DNA from: the human T2T-CHM13v2.0 reference genome, Homo sapiens
Assembly: GCF_009914755.1 (NCBI RefSeq)
Contig: NC_060948.1
Reading direction: 5' to 3' (one strand)
DNA length: 64,000 nt
The position numbers were made by a program, and so were the translations under genes. The notes under the pieces were generated by a model. It saw only the letters and a list, made by a program, of their open reading frames with translations, made no database searches and was not told where the DNA came from. How positions within the stretch are numbered: the stretch's first letter is position 1; each line of letters begins with the position of its first letter. Shown here in pieces: positions 24,915 through 39,170 of the stretch.

Positions 24915-27900
24915 GTATTAGAATGTAATGAACATTAATGGAATGTACTCGAATGGATTCGACTGGAATGGAATGTTCTGGAAGTGAATGGACTCCAATG
25001 GAATGGATTCGAAAGGAATGGAATCGAACGGAATGGAATCTAATGGAATGGAATTAAATGGAAATGAATCAAATTGAATAGCACGGAATTGAATTGAATG
25101 GAATCGAATGCAATGGAATCTAATGAAACGGAAAGGAAAGGAATGGAATGGAATGGAATGGGCTGGAATGGAAAGGAATCGAAACGAATGGAATGGAATC
25201 GAACTGAAGAGACTGGAATGGAATGCACTGGAATGGAAGGGAGTGTAATGGAAGGTTCTCGAAAATAATGGAAGCAAATGGAATGGAATTGAATGGAACG
25301 GAATAGAGTCGAATGGAATTGAATGGAATGGAATGGACTAGAGTGAAATGGAATCGAACCACAAGGAATGGACAGGAATAGAATGGTCTCGAATTGAATG
25401 GAATCGTATGGAATGGCATCAATCGGAATGGAATGGACAGCCACGGAATGGAATGCACTCGAATGCAATGGAGTCGAAACTTATGGACTGGAATAGAATG
25501 GACTCGACTGGTACGGACTCCAATGGAATGGAATCGAATGGAAGGGATTCGAACGGAATGGACTCGAAGGGAAAAGACTGCAATGGAAAGGTCTCGAATG
25601 GAATGGAAATTAATGGAATGGAATGGAATCGAATGAAATGGAGTCAAAAGGAATGGAATCGAATGGCAAGAAATCGAATGTAATGGAATCGCAAGGAATT
25701 GATGTGAACGGAACGGAATGGAATGGAATCCAAAGGAATGGAATAGAATGGAATGGAATCGAATGGAAAGGACTCGAATGGAAATCACTCGAATAGAATG
25801 AAATTTAATAAAATAGGATCAAATGTAATTGAATGGAATGGAAAGGAATCGAAACGAAAGGAATGGAGACAGATGGAATGGAATGGAACAGAGAGCAATG
25901 GTATAGAATGGAATGGAATCATCTGGAATGGAATTGAATGGAATGGAATAATATGAAATGGAATGGAATGGAATGGAATGGAATGCCCTTGAATTAAATG
26001 GACTGGAATGGAATGGACTCGAACAGAGTGGAATGGAAAGTGTTGAGATAGAATGGAATGGACTCGTTTGGAATGGTCTAGTATGCAATGCAATCGACTG
26101 GCAGGGAATCAAAAGGAATGTAATCGAATGGATTAGACTGGAATGCAATGGACTCGAATAGATTGGAAACGGAATGCAAAGGAATGGAATGGAATAGTAT
26201 GGAATGGAATGGAAAGGAATGGAGTGGAATAGACTAGAGTGGAATGGAATGGACTGGAAAGCAATGGACTGGAATGGAACTTTCTTGAATGGACTGGAAT
26301 CAAACGGAATGGAATGCAATGCAATCAAATGGCATGGAATAAAATAGAATGAAAGAGAATCAAATGGAATTGAATCGAAAGGAATCGAATGGATTGGAAA
26401 GGAATAGAATGGAATGGAATGGAATGGACTCAAATGGAATGGACTAGAATGGAATGGATTCGAATGGAAGGCAAAGGAATGGAATCTATTAGAATGGACT
26501 GTAATGGAATGGAATGGAAGGGATTGGAATGGACTCGAATGGAATGGACTGCAATAGAAAGGATTCGAATGGAATGAAAAAGAATTGAATGGAATAGAAC
26601 AGAATGGAATCAAATCGAATGAAATGGAATGGAATAGAAAGGAATGGAATGAAATGGAATGGAAAGGATTCGAATGGAATGCAATCGAATGGAATGGAAT
26701 CGAACGGAATGGAATAAAATGGAAGAAAACTGGCAAGAAATGGAATCGAAATGAATGGAGTGTTATGGAACGGACTCAAAAGGAATTGAATGTAATAGAA
26801 TGGAGTGGAGTGGACTCGAATATAATGGACTGGAATGGAATGAAATCACATGGAATGGGAACGAATGGAATGGAATGGAAAGGAATGGAATCGAATGGAA
26901 AGGAATCGAATGGAAGGGAATGAAATTGAATCAACAGGAATGGAAGGGAATAGAATACACGGTAATGGAATGGACTCGAATAGAATGGACACGAATGCTC
27001 AAATTGAATGGACTCGAATGGAATGGAAACGAAAGGAATGTCATCGAATGGAATTGAATCGATTGCAATGAAATCGCATAGAATGGAGTGGAATCAAATG
27101 GAATTGAATCGAAAGGAAAGGAAGCGAATGGACTGAAATGAAATGGAATGGAATTGAATGGAAAGTAATGCAATGGAATAGAATGGAACGAAATTTCACG
27201 GAATGGAATCAAACTGAATGGAATCAAATCAATGGAATCAAATCAAATGGAATGGAAAGGAATTGAATGGAGTAGATTGTATTGGATGGGATTGGAATGA
27301 AATGTACTGGAAAGGACTCGAATTTCATGAAACGGAATGGAATGAATTGGAACGGAATGGACTCGAATGGAATGGAATGTCATGGAATGGCATCAAATGG
27401 AATGGCATCAAATGGAATGGAATCGAATGCAATGGAATGCTATGGAATGGAATGGAATGCATTGGAATGGAATGTCCTCTAATGGAATGGATTCGAGTGG
27501 AATGGAATCGAATATAATGGAGTCGAATGAAATGGAATTGAAAGGAATGGGATCGAATACAATGGAATATACTGGAATGTAATGTAATGAACTCGAATGT
27601 AATTGACTGGAATGGAATGTACATGAATGGAATGTAATCGAATGGAAAGTAATCCAATGGAATAGAATCTAATGCAATAAAATCGACTCAGATAGAGTAG
27701 AATGTAATGGAATGGAGTGCAGTGCAATGGAATGGAATGGAATGGAATGCAATGGAATGGAATGGAATGGAATGGAATGGAATGGAATGGGATGGAATGG
27801 TATGGAATGGATAGTAATGGACTGGAATGAAATGGACTGGAAAAGAATGGACTCAAATTGAAAGGGCTCGAAAGGAATGGAGTCAAATGGAATGGTCTGG

Positions 27901-28473
27901 AATGGAATGAACACGAATGTAATGCAATCCAATAGAATGGAATCGAATGGCAAGGAATATAAAGAAATGGAATCGAAGAGAATGGAAACAAATGGAATGG
28001 AATTGAATGGAATGGAATTGAATGGAATGGGAACGAATGGAGTGAAATTGTATGCAGTAGAAGAGAATAGAATGGAATGCAAGCGAAAGGAAAGGAATGG
28101 ATTGCAATGGAATGGAATTCATTGGAATGGAAGGGAATGTAGTGTAATGGACAGGCCTGGAATAAAGTGGAATGCTACGGTCTCGAATGGAATAAAAATG
28201 TATGGAATGGAATGCAATGAAACGGAATCGAATGTCATAGAATGTAATGGAATGCAACAAAATGGAATCCAAAATCATTGACTGGAAAGGCTGGGTGTCG
28301 AAAGGAATTGACTCCAATGGAATGGAATCGAATGGAATGGAAGTGAATAGAATCGAACTAAATCGAATGGAATGGAATTGATAGGAACGGAATGGAAAGG
28401 AATGCAATGATTTGGCATGGAATGGAATCGAATGGCATCGAATGGAATGGAATGGAATGCAATGGAATGGTAT
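24915..28473 (+). repeat. Unit 8 (3559 bp)
   Basis: Landmarks 24915/28474. Confidence 0.92.
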
Positions 28474-31400
28474 GTATTAGAATGTAATGAACATTAATGG
28501 AATGTACTCGAATGGATTCGACTGGAATGGAATGTTCTGGAAGTGAATGGACTCCAATGGAATGGATTCGAAAGGAATGGAATCGAACGGAATGGAATCT
28601 AATGGAATGGAATTAAATGGAAATGAATCAAATTGAATAGCACGGGATTGAATTGAATGGAATCGAATGCAATGGAATCTAATGAAACGGAAAGGAAAGG
28701 AATGGAATGGAATGGAATGGGCTGGAATGGAAAGGAATCGAAACGAATGGAATGGAATCGAACTGAAGAGACTGGAATGGAATGCACTGGAATGGAAGGG
28801 AGTGTAATGGAAGGTTCTCGAAAATAATGGAAGCAAATGGAATGGAATTGAATGGAACGGAATAGAGTCGAATGGAATTGAATGGAATGGAATGGACTAG
28901 AGTGAAATGGAATCGAACCACAAGGAATGGACAGGAATAGAATGGTCTCGAATTGAATGGAATCGTATGGAATGGCATCAAACGGAATGGAATGGACAGC
29001 CACGGAATGGAATGCACTCGAATGCAATGGAGTCGAAACTTATGGACTGGAATAGAATGGACTCGACTGGTACGGACTCCAATGGAATGGAATCGAATGG
29101 AAGGGATTCGAACGGAATGGACTCGAAGGGAAAAGACTGCAATGGAAAGGTCTCGAATGGAATGGAAATTAATGGAATGGAATGGAATCGAATGAAATGG
29201 AGTCAAAAGGAATGGAATCGAATGGCAAGAAATCGAATGTAATGGAATCGCAAGGAATTGATGTGAACGGAACGGAATGGAATGGAATCCAAAGGAATGG
29301 AATAGAATGGAATGGAATCGAATGGAAAGGACTCGAATGGAAATCACTCGAATAGAATGCAATTTAATAAAATAGGATCAAATGTAATTGAATGGAATGG
29401 AAAGGAATCGAAACGAAAGGAATGGAGACAGATGGAATGGAATGGAACAGAGAGCAATGGTATAGAATGGAATGGAATCATCTGGAATGGAATTGAATGG
29501 AATGGAATAATATGAAATGGAATGGAATGGAATGGAATGGAATGCCCTTGAATTAAATGGACTGGAATGGAATGGACTCGAACAGAGTGGAATGGAAAGT
29601 GTTGAGATAGAATGGAATGGACTCTTTTGGAATGGTCTAGTATGCAATGCAATCGACTGGCAGGGAATCAAAAGGAATGTAATCGAATGGATTAGACTGG
29701 AATGCAATGGACTCGAATAGATTGGAAACGGAATGCAAAGGAATGGAATGGAATAGTATGGAATGGAATGGAAAGGAATGGAGTGGAATAGACTAGAGTG
29801 GAATGGAATGGACTGGAAAGCAATGGACTGGAATGGAACTTTCTTGAATGGACTGGAATCAAACGGAATGGAATGCAATGCAATCAAATGGCATGGAATA
29901 AAATAGAATGAAAGAGAATCAAATGGAATTGAATCGAATGGAATCGAATGGATTGGAAAGGAATAGAATGGAATGGAATGGAATTGACTCAAATGGAATG
30001 GACTAGAATGGAATGGATTCGAATGGAAGGCAAAGGAATGGAATCTATTGGAATGGACAGTAATGGAATGGAATGGAAGGGATTGGAATGGACTCGAATG
30101 GAATGGACTGCAATAGAAAGGATTCGAATGGAATGAAAAAGAATTGAATGGAATAGAACAGAATGGAATCAAATCGAATGAAATGGAATGGAATAGAAAG
30201 GAATGGAATGAAATGGAATGGAAAGGATTCGAATGGAATGCAATCGAATGGAATGGAATCGAACGGAATGGAATAAAATGGAAGAAAACTGGCAAGAAAT
30301 GGAATCGAAATGAATGGAGTGTTATGGAACGGACTCAAAAGGAATTGAATGTAATAGAATGGAGTGGAGTGGACTCGAATATAATGGACTGGAATGGAAT
30401 GAAATCACATGGAATGGGAACGAATGGAATGGAATGGAAAGGAATGGAATCGAATGGAAAGGAATCGAATGGAAGGGAATGAAATTGAATCAACAGGAAT
30501 GGAAGGGAATAGAATAGACGGTAATGGAATGGACTCGAATAGAATGGACACGAATGCTCAAATTGAATGGACTCGAATGGAATGGAAACAAAAGGAATGT
30601 CATCGAATGGAATTGAATCGATTGGAATGAAATCGCATAGAATGGAGTGGAATCAAATGGAATTGAATCGAAAGGAAAGGAAGCGAATGGACTGAAATGA
30701 AATGGAATGGAATTGAATGGAAAGTAATGCAATGGAATAGAATGGAACGAAATTTCACGGAATGGAATCAAACTGAATGGAATCAAATCAATGGAATCAA
30801 ATCAAATGGAATGGAAAGGAATTGAATGGAGTAGATTGGATTGGATGGGATTGGAATGAAATGTACTGGAAAGGACTCGAATTTCATGAAACGGAATGGA
30901 ATGAATTGGAACGGAATGGACTCGAATGGAATGGAATGTCATGGAATGGCATCAAATGGAATGGCATCAAATGGAATGGAATCGAATGCAATGGAATGCT
31001 ATGGAATGGAATGGAATGCATTGGAATGGAATGTCCTCTAATGGAATGGATTCGAGTGGAATGGAATCGAATATAATGGAGTCGAATGAAATGGAATTGA
31101 AAGGAATGGGATCGAATACAATGGAATATACTGGAATGTAAAGTAATGAACTCGAATGTAATTGACTGGAATGGAATGTACATGAATGGAATGTAATCGA
31201 ATGGAAAGTAATCCAATGGAATAGAATCTAATGCAATAAAATCGACTCAGATAGAGTAGAATGTAATGGAATGGAGTGCAGTGCAATGGAATGGAATGGA
31301 ATGGAATGCAATGGAATGGAATGGAATGGAATGGAATGGAATGGAATGGAATGGGATGGAATGGTATGGAATGGATAGTAATGGACTGGAGTGAAATGGA

Positions 31401-32037
31401 CTGGAAAGGAATGGACTCAAATTGAAAGGGCTCGAAAGGAATGGAGTCAAATGGAATGGTCTGGAATGGAATGAACACGAATGTAATGCAATCCAATAGA
31501 ATGGAATCGAATGGCATGGAATATAAAGAAATGGAATCGAAGAGAATGGAAACAAATGGAATGGAATTGAATGGAATGGAATTGAATGGAATGGGAACGA
31601 ATGGAGTGAAATTGTATGCAGTAGAAGAGAATAGAATGGAATGCAAGCGAAAGGAAAGGAATGGATTGCAATGGAATGGAATTCATTGGAATGGAAGGGA
31701 ATGTAGTGTAATGGACAGGCCTGGAATAAAGTGGAATGTTACGGTCTCGAATGGAATAAAAATGTATGGAATGGAATGCAATGAAACGGAATCGAATGTC
31801 ATAGAATGTAATGGAATGCAAAAAAATGGAATCCAAAATCATTGACTGGAAAGGCTGGGTGTCGAAAGGAATTGACTCCAATGGAATGGAATCGAATGGA
31901 ATGGAAGTGAATAGAATCGAACTAAATCGAATGGAATGGAATTGATAGGAACGGAATGGAAAGGAATGCAATGATTTGGCATGGAATGGAATCGAATGGC
32001 ATCGAATGGAATGGAATGGAATGCAATGGAATGGAAT
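28474..32037 (+). repeat. Unit 9 (3564 bp)
   Basis: Landmarks 28474/32038. Confidence 0.92.
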
Positions 32038-35000
32038 GTATTAGAATGTAATGAACATTAATGGAATGTACTCGAATGGATTCGACTGGAATGGAATGTT
32101 CTGGAAGTGAATGGACTCCAATGGAATGGATTCGAAAGGAATGGAATCGAACGGAATGGAATCTAATGGAATGGAATTAAATGGAAATGAATCAAATTGA
32201 ATAGCACGGAATTGAATTGAATGGAATCGAATGCAATGGAATCTAATGAAACGGACAGGAAAGGAATGGAATGGAATGGAATGGGCTGGAATGGAAAGGA
32301 ATCGAAACGAATGGAATGGAATCGAACTGAAGAGACTGGAATGGAATGCACTGGAATGGAAGGGAGTGTAATGGAAGGTTCTCGAAAATAATGGAAGCAA
32401 ATGGAATGGAATTGAATGGAACGGAATAGAGTCGAATGGAATTGAATGGAATGGAATGGACTAGAGTGAAATGGAATCGAACCACAAGGAATGGACAGGA
32501 ATAGAATGGTCTCGAATTGAATGGAATCGTATGGAATGGCATCAAACGGAATGGAATGGACAGCCACGGAATGGAATGCACTCGAATGCAATGGAGTCGA
32601 AACTTATGGACTGGAATAGAATGGACTCGACTGGTACGGACTCCAATGGAATGGAATCGAATGGAAGGGAATCGAACGGAATGGACTCGAAGGGAAAAGA
32701 CTGCAATGGAAAGGTCTCGAATGGAATGGAAATTAATGGAATGGAATGGAATCGAATGAAATGGAGTCAAAAGGAATGGAATCGAATGGCAAGAAATCAA
32801 ATGTAATGGAATCGCAAGGAATTGATGTGAACGGAACGGAATGGAATGGAATCCAAAGGAATGGAATAGAATGGAATGGAATCGAATGGAAAGGACTCGA
32901 ATGGAAATCACTCGAATGGAATGAAATTTAATAAAATAGGATCAAATGTAATTGAATGGAATGGAAAGGAATCGAAACGAAAGGAATGGAGACAGATGGA
33001 ATGGAATGGAACAGAGAGCAATGGTATAGAATGGAATGGAATCATCTGGAATGGAATTGAATGGAATGGAATAATATGAAATGGAATGGAATGGAATGGA
33101 ATGGAATGCCCTTGAATTAAATGGACTGGAATGGAATGGACTCGAACAGAGTGGAATGGAAAGTGTTGAGATAGAATGGAATGGACTCTTTTAGAATGGT
33201 CTAGTATGCAATGCAATCGACTGGCAGGGAATCAAAAGGAATGTAATCGAATGGATTGGACTGGAATGCAATGGACTCGAATAGATTGGAAACGGAATGC
33301 AAAGGAATGGAATGGAATAGTATGGAATGGAATGGAAAGGAATGGAGTGGAATAGACTAGAGTGGAATGGAATGGACTGGAAAGCAATGGACTGGAATGG
33401 AACTTTCTTGAATGGACTGGAATCAAACGGAATGGAATGCAATGCAATCAAATGGCATGGAATAAAATAGAATGAAAGAGAATCAAATGGAATTGAATCG
33501 AATGGAATCGAATGGATTGGAAAGGAATAGAATGGAATGGAATGGAATTGACTCAAATGGAATGGACTAGAATGGAATGGATTCGAATGGAAGGCAAAGG
33601 AATGGAATCTATTGGAATGGACAGTAATGGAATGGAATGGAAGGGATTGGAATGGACTCGAATGGAATGGACTGCAATAGAAAGGATTCGAATGGAATGA
33701 AAAAGAATTGAATGGAATAGAACAGAATGGAATCAAATCGAATGAAATGGAATGGAATAGAAAGGAATGGAATGAAATGGAATGGAAAGGATTCGAATGG
33801 AATGCAATCGAATGGAATGGAATCGAACGGAATGGAATAAAATGGAAGAAAACTGGCAAGAAATGGAATCGAAATGAATGGAGTGTTATGGAACGGACTC
33901 AAAAGGAATTGAATGTAATAGAATGGAGTGGAGTGGACTCGAATATAATGGACTGGAATGGAATGAAATCACATGGAATGGGAACGAATGGAATGGAATG
34001 GAAAGGAATGGAATCGAATGGAAAGGAATCGAATGGAAGGGAATGAAATTGAATCAACAGGAATGGAAGGGAATAGAATAGACGGTAATGGAATGGACTC
34101 GAATAGAATGGACACGAATGCTCAAATTGAATGGACTCGAATGGAATGGAAACGAAAGGAATGTCATCGAATGGAATTGAATCGATTGGAATGAAATCGC
34201 ATAGAATGGAGTGGAATCAAATGGAATTGAATCGAAAGGAAAGGAAGCGAATGGACTGAAATGAAATGGAATGGAATTGAATGGAAAGTAATGCAATGGA
34301 ATAGAATGGAACGAAATTTCACGGAATGGAATCAAACTGAATGGAATCAAATCAATGGAATCTAATCAAATGGAATGGAAAGGAATTGAATGGAGTAGAT
34401 TGGATTGGATGGGATTGGAATGAAATGTACTGGAAAGGACTCGAATTTCATGAAACGGAATGGAATGAATTGGAACGGAAGGGACTCGAATGGAATGGAA
34501 TGTCATGGAATGGCATCAAATGGAATGGAATCGAATGCAATGGAATGGTATGGAATGGAATGGAATGCATTGGAATGGAATGTCCTCTAATGGAATGGAT
34601 TCGAGTGGAATGGAATCGAATATAATGGAGTCGAATGAAATGGAATTGAAAGGAATGGGATCGAATACAATGGAATATACTGGAATGTAATGTAATGAAC
34701 TCGAATGTAATTGACTGGAATGGAATGTACATGAATGGAATGTAATCGAATGGAAAGTAATCCAATGGAATAGAATCTAATGCAATAAAATCGACTCAGA
34801 TAGAGTAGCATGTAATGGAATGGAGTGCAGTGCAATGGAATGGAATGGAATGGAATGCAATGGAATGGAATGGAATGGAATGGAATGGAATGGAATGGGA
34901 TAATATGGGATGGAATGGTATGGAATGGATAGTAATGGACTGGAGTGAAATGGACTGGAAAGGAATGGACTCAAATTGAAAGGGCTCGAAAGGAATGGAG

Positions 35001-35591
35001 TCAAATGGAATGGTCTGGAATGGAATGAACACGAATGTAATGCAATCCAATAGAATGGAATCGAATGGCATGGAATATAAAGAAATGGAATCGGAGAGAA
35101 TGGAAACAAATGGAATGGAATTTAATGGAATGGAATTGAATGGAATGGGAACGAATGGAGTGAAATTGTATGCAGTAGAAGGGAATAGAATGGAATGCAA
35201 GCAAAAGGAAAGGAATGGATTGGAATGGAATGGAATTCATTGGAATGGAAGGGAATGTAGTGTAATGGACAGGCCTGGAATAAAGTGGAATGCTACGGTA
35301 TCGAATGGAATAAAAATGTATGGAATGGAATGCAATGAAATGGAATCGAATGTCATAGAATGTAATGGAATGCAACAAAATGGAATCCAATATCATTGAC
35401 TGGAAAGGCTGGGTGTCGAAAGGAATTGACTCCAATGGAATGGAATCGAATGGAATGGAAGTGAATAGAATCGAACTAAATCGAATGGAATGGAATTGAT
35501 AGGAACGGAATGGAAAGGAATGCAATGATTTGGCATGGAATGGAATCGAATGGCATCGAATGGAATGGAATGGAATGCAATGGAATGGAAT
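32038..35591 (+). repeat. Unit 10 (3554 bp), junction unit between two subfamily blocks
   Basis: Landmarks 32038/35592. The head carries unit 4-9 markers and the tail carries unit 12/14 markers. Has a 15-bp deletion at ~34515. Confidence 0.9.
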
Positions 35592-38500
35592 GTATTAGAA
35601 TGTAATGAACTTTAATGGAATGTACTCGAATGGATTCGACTGGAATGGAATGTTCTGGAAGTGAATGGACTCCAATGGAATGGATTCAAAAGGAATGGAA
35701 TCGTACGGAATGGAATCTAATGGAATGGAATTAAATGGAAATGAATCAAATTGAATAGCACGGAATTGAATTGAATGGAATGGAATGCAATGGAATCTAA
35801 TGAAACGGAAAGGAAAGGAATGGAATGGAATGGAATGGGCTGGAATGGAAAGGAATCGAAACGAATGGAATGGAATCGAACTGAAGAGACTGGAATGGAA
35901 TGCACTGGAATGGAAGGGAGTGTAATGGAAGGTTCTCGAAAAAAATGGAATCGAATGGAATGGAATTGAATGGAACGGAATAGAGTCGAATGGAATTGAA
36001 TGGAATGGAATGGACTAGAGTGAAATGGAATCGAACCACAAGGAATGGACAGGAATAGAATGGTCTCGAATTGAATGGAATCGTATGGAATGGCATCAAA
36101 CGGAATGGAATGGACAGCCACGGAATGGAATGCACTCGAATGCAATGGAGTCGAAACTAATGGACTGGAATAGAATGGACTCGACTGGTACGGACTCCAA
36201 TGGAATGGAATCGAATGGAAGGGAATCGAACGGAATGGACTCGAAGGGAAAAGACTGCAATGGAAAGGTCTCGAATGGAATGGAAATTAATGGAATGGAA
36301 TGGAATCGAATGAAATGGAGTCAAAAGGAATGGAATCGAATGGCAAGAAATCGAATGTAATGGAATCGCAAGGAATTGATGTGAACGGAACGGAATGGAA
36401 TGGAATCCAAAGGAATGGAATAGAATGGAATGGAATCGAATGGAAAGGACTCGAATGGCAATCACTCGAATAGAATGCAATTTAATAAAATAGGATCAAA
36501 TGTAATGGAATGGAATGGAAAGGAATCGAAACGAAAGGAATGGAGACAGATGGAATGGAATGGAACAGAGAGCAATGGTATAGAATGGAATGGAATCATC
36601 TGGAATGGAATTGAATGGAATGGAATAATATGAAATGGAATGGAATGGAATGGAATGGAATGCCCTTGAATTAAATGGACTGGAATGGAATGGACTCGAA
36701 CAGAGTGGAATGGAAAGTGTTGAGATAGAATGGAATGGACTCCTTTGGAATGGTCTAGTATGCAATGCAATCGACTGGCAGGGAATCAAAAGGAATGTAA
36801 TCGAATGGATTGGACTGGAATGCAATGGACTCGAATAGATTGGAAACGGGATGCAAAGGAATGGAATGGAATAGTATGGAATGGAATGGAAAGGAATGGA
36901 GTGGAATAGACTAGAGTGGAATGGAATGGACTGGAAAGCAATGGACTGGAATGGAACTTTCTTGAATGGACTGGAATCAAACGGAATGGGATGCAATGCA
37001 ATCAAATGGCATGGAATAAAATAGAATGAAAGAGAATCAAATGGAATTGAATCGAATGGAATCGAATGGATTGGAAAGGAATAGAATGGAATGGAATGGA
37101 ATGGACTCAAATGGAATGGACTAGAATGGAATGGATTCGAATGGAAGGCAAAGGAATGGAATCTATTGGAATGGACTGTAATGGAATGGAATGGAAGGGA
37201 TTGGAATGGACTCAAATAGAATGGACTGCAATAGAAAGGATTCGAATGGAATGAAAAAGAATTGAATGGAATAGAACAGAATGGAATCAAATCGAATGAA
37301 ATGGAATGGAATAGAAAGGAATGGAATGAAATGGAATGGAAAGGATTCGAATGGAATGCAATCGAATGGAATGGAATCGAACGGAATGGAATAAAATGGA
37401 AGAAAACTGGCAAGAAATGGAATCGAAATGAATGGAGTGTTATGGAACGGACTCAAAAGGAATTGAATGTAATAGAATGGAGTGGAGTGGACTCGAATAT
37501 AATGGACTGGAATGGAATGAAATCACATGGAATGGGAACGAATGGAATGGAATGGAAAGGAATGGAATCGAATGGAAAGGAATCGAATGGAAGGGAATGA
37601 AATTGAATCAACAGGAATGGAAGGGAATAGAATAGACGGTAATGGAATGGACTCGAATAGAATGGACACGAATGCTCAAATTGAATGGACTCGAATGGAA
37701 TGGAAACGAAAGGAATGTCATCGAATGGAATTGAATCGATTGCAATGAAATCGCATAGAATGGAGTGGAATCAAATGGAATTGAATCGAAAGGAAAGGAA
37801 GCGAATGGACTGAAATGAAATGGAATGGAATTGAATGGAAAGTAATGCAATGGAATAGAATGGAACGAAATTTCACGGAATGGAATCAAACTGAATGGAA
37901 TCAAATCAATGGAATCTAATCAAATGGAATGGAAAGGAATTGAATGGAGTAGATTGGATTGGATGGGATTGGAATGAAATGTACTGGAAAGGACTCGAAT
38001 TTCATGAAACGGAATGGAATGAATTGGAACGGAATGGACTCGAATGGAATGGAATGTCATGGAATGGCATCAAATGGAATGGCATCAAATGGAATGGAAT
38101 CGAATGCAATGGAATGCTATGGAATGGAATGGAATGCATTGGAATGGAATGTCCTCTAATGGAATGGATTCGAGTGGAATGGAATCGAATATAATGGAGT
38201 CGAATGAAATGGAATTGAAAGGAATGGGATCGAATACAATGGAATATACTGGAATGTAATGTAATGAACTCGAATGTAATTGACTGGAATGGAATGTACA
38301 TGAATGGAAGGTAATCGAATGGAAAGTAATCCAATGGAATAGAATCTAATGCAATAAAACCGACTCAGATAGAGTAGAATGTAATGGAATGGAGTGCAGT
38401 GCAATGGAATGGAATGGAATTGAATGCAATGGAATGGAATGGAATGGAATGGAATGGAATGGAATGGAATGGAATGGAAAGGAATGGGATGGAATGGTAT

Positions 38501-39170
38501 GGAATGGATAGTAATGGACTGGAGTGAAATGGACTGGAAAGGAATGGACTCAAATTGAAAGGGCTCGAAAGGAATGGAGTCAAATGGAATGGTCTGGAAT
38601 GGAATGAACACGAATGTAATGCAATCCAATAGAATGGAATCGAATGGCATGGAATATAAAGAAATGGATTCGAAGAGAATGGAAACAAATGGAATGGAAT
38701 TGAATGGAATGGAATTGAATGGAATGGGAACGAATGGAGTGAAATTGTATGCAGTAGAAGGGAATAGAAAGGAATGCAAGCGAAAGGAAAGGAATGGATT
38801 GTAATGGAATGGAATTCATTGGAATGGAAGGGAATGTAGTGTAATGGACAGGCCTGGAATAAAGTGGAATGCTACGGTCTCGAATGGAATAAAAATGTAT
38901 GGAATGGAATGCAATGAAATGGAATCGAATGTCATAGAATGTAATGGAATGCAACAAAATGGAATCCAATATCATTGACTGGAAAGGCTGGGTGTCGAAA
39001 GGAATTGACTCCAATGGAATGGAATCGAATGGAATGGAAGTGAATAGAATCGAACTAAATCGAATGGAATGGAATTGATAGGAACGGAATGGAAAGGAAT
39101 GCAATGATTTGGCATGGAATGGAATCGAATGGCATCGAATGGAATGGAATGGAATGCAATGGAATGGAAT
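35592..39170 (+). repeat. Unit 11 (3579 bp), dimer half A
   Basis: Landmarks 35592/39171. Confidence 0.92.
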
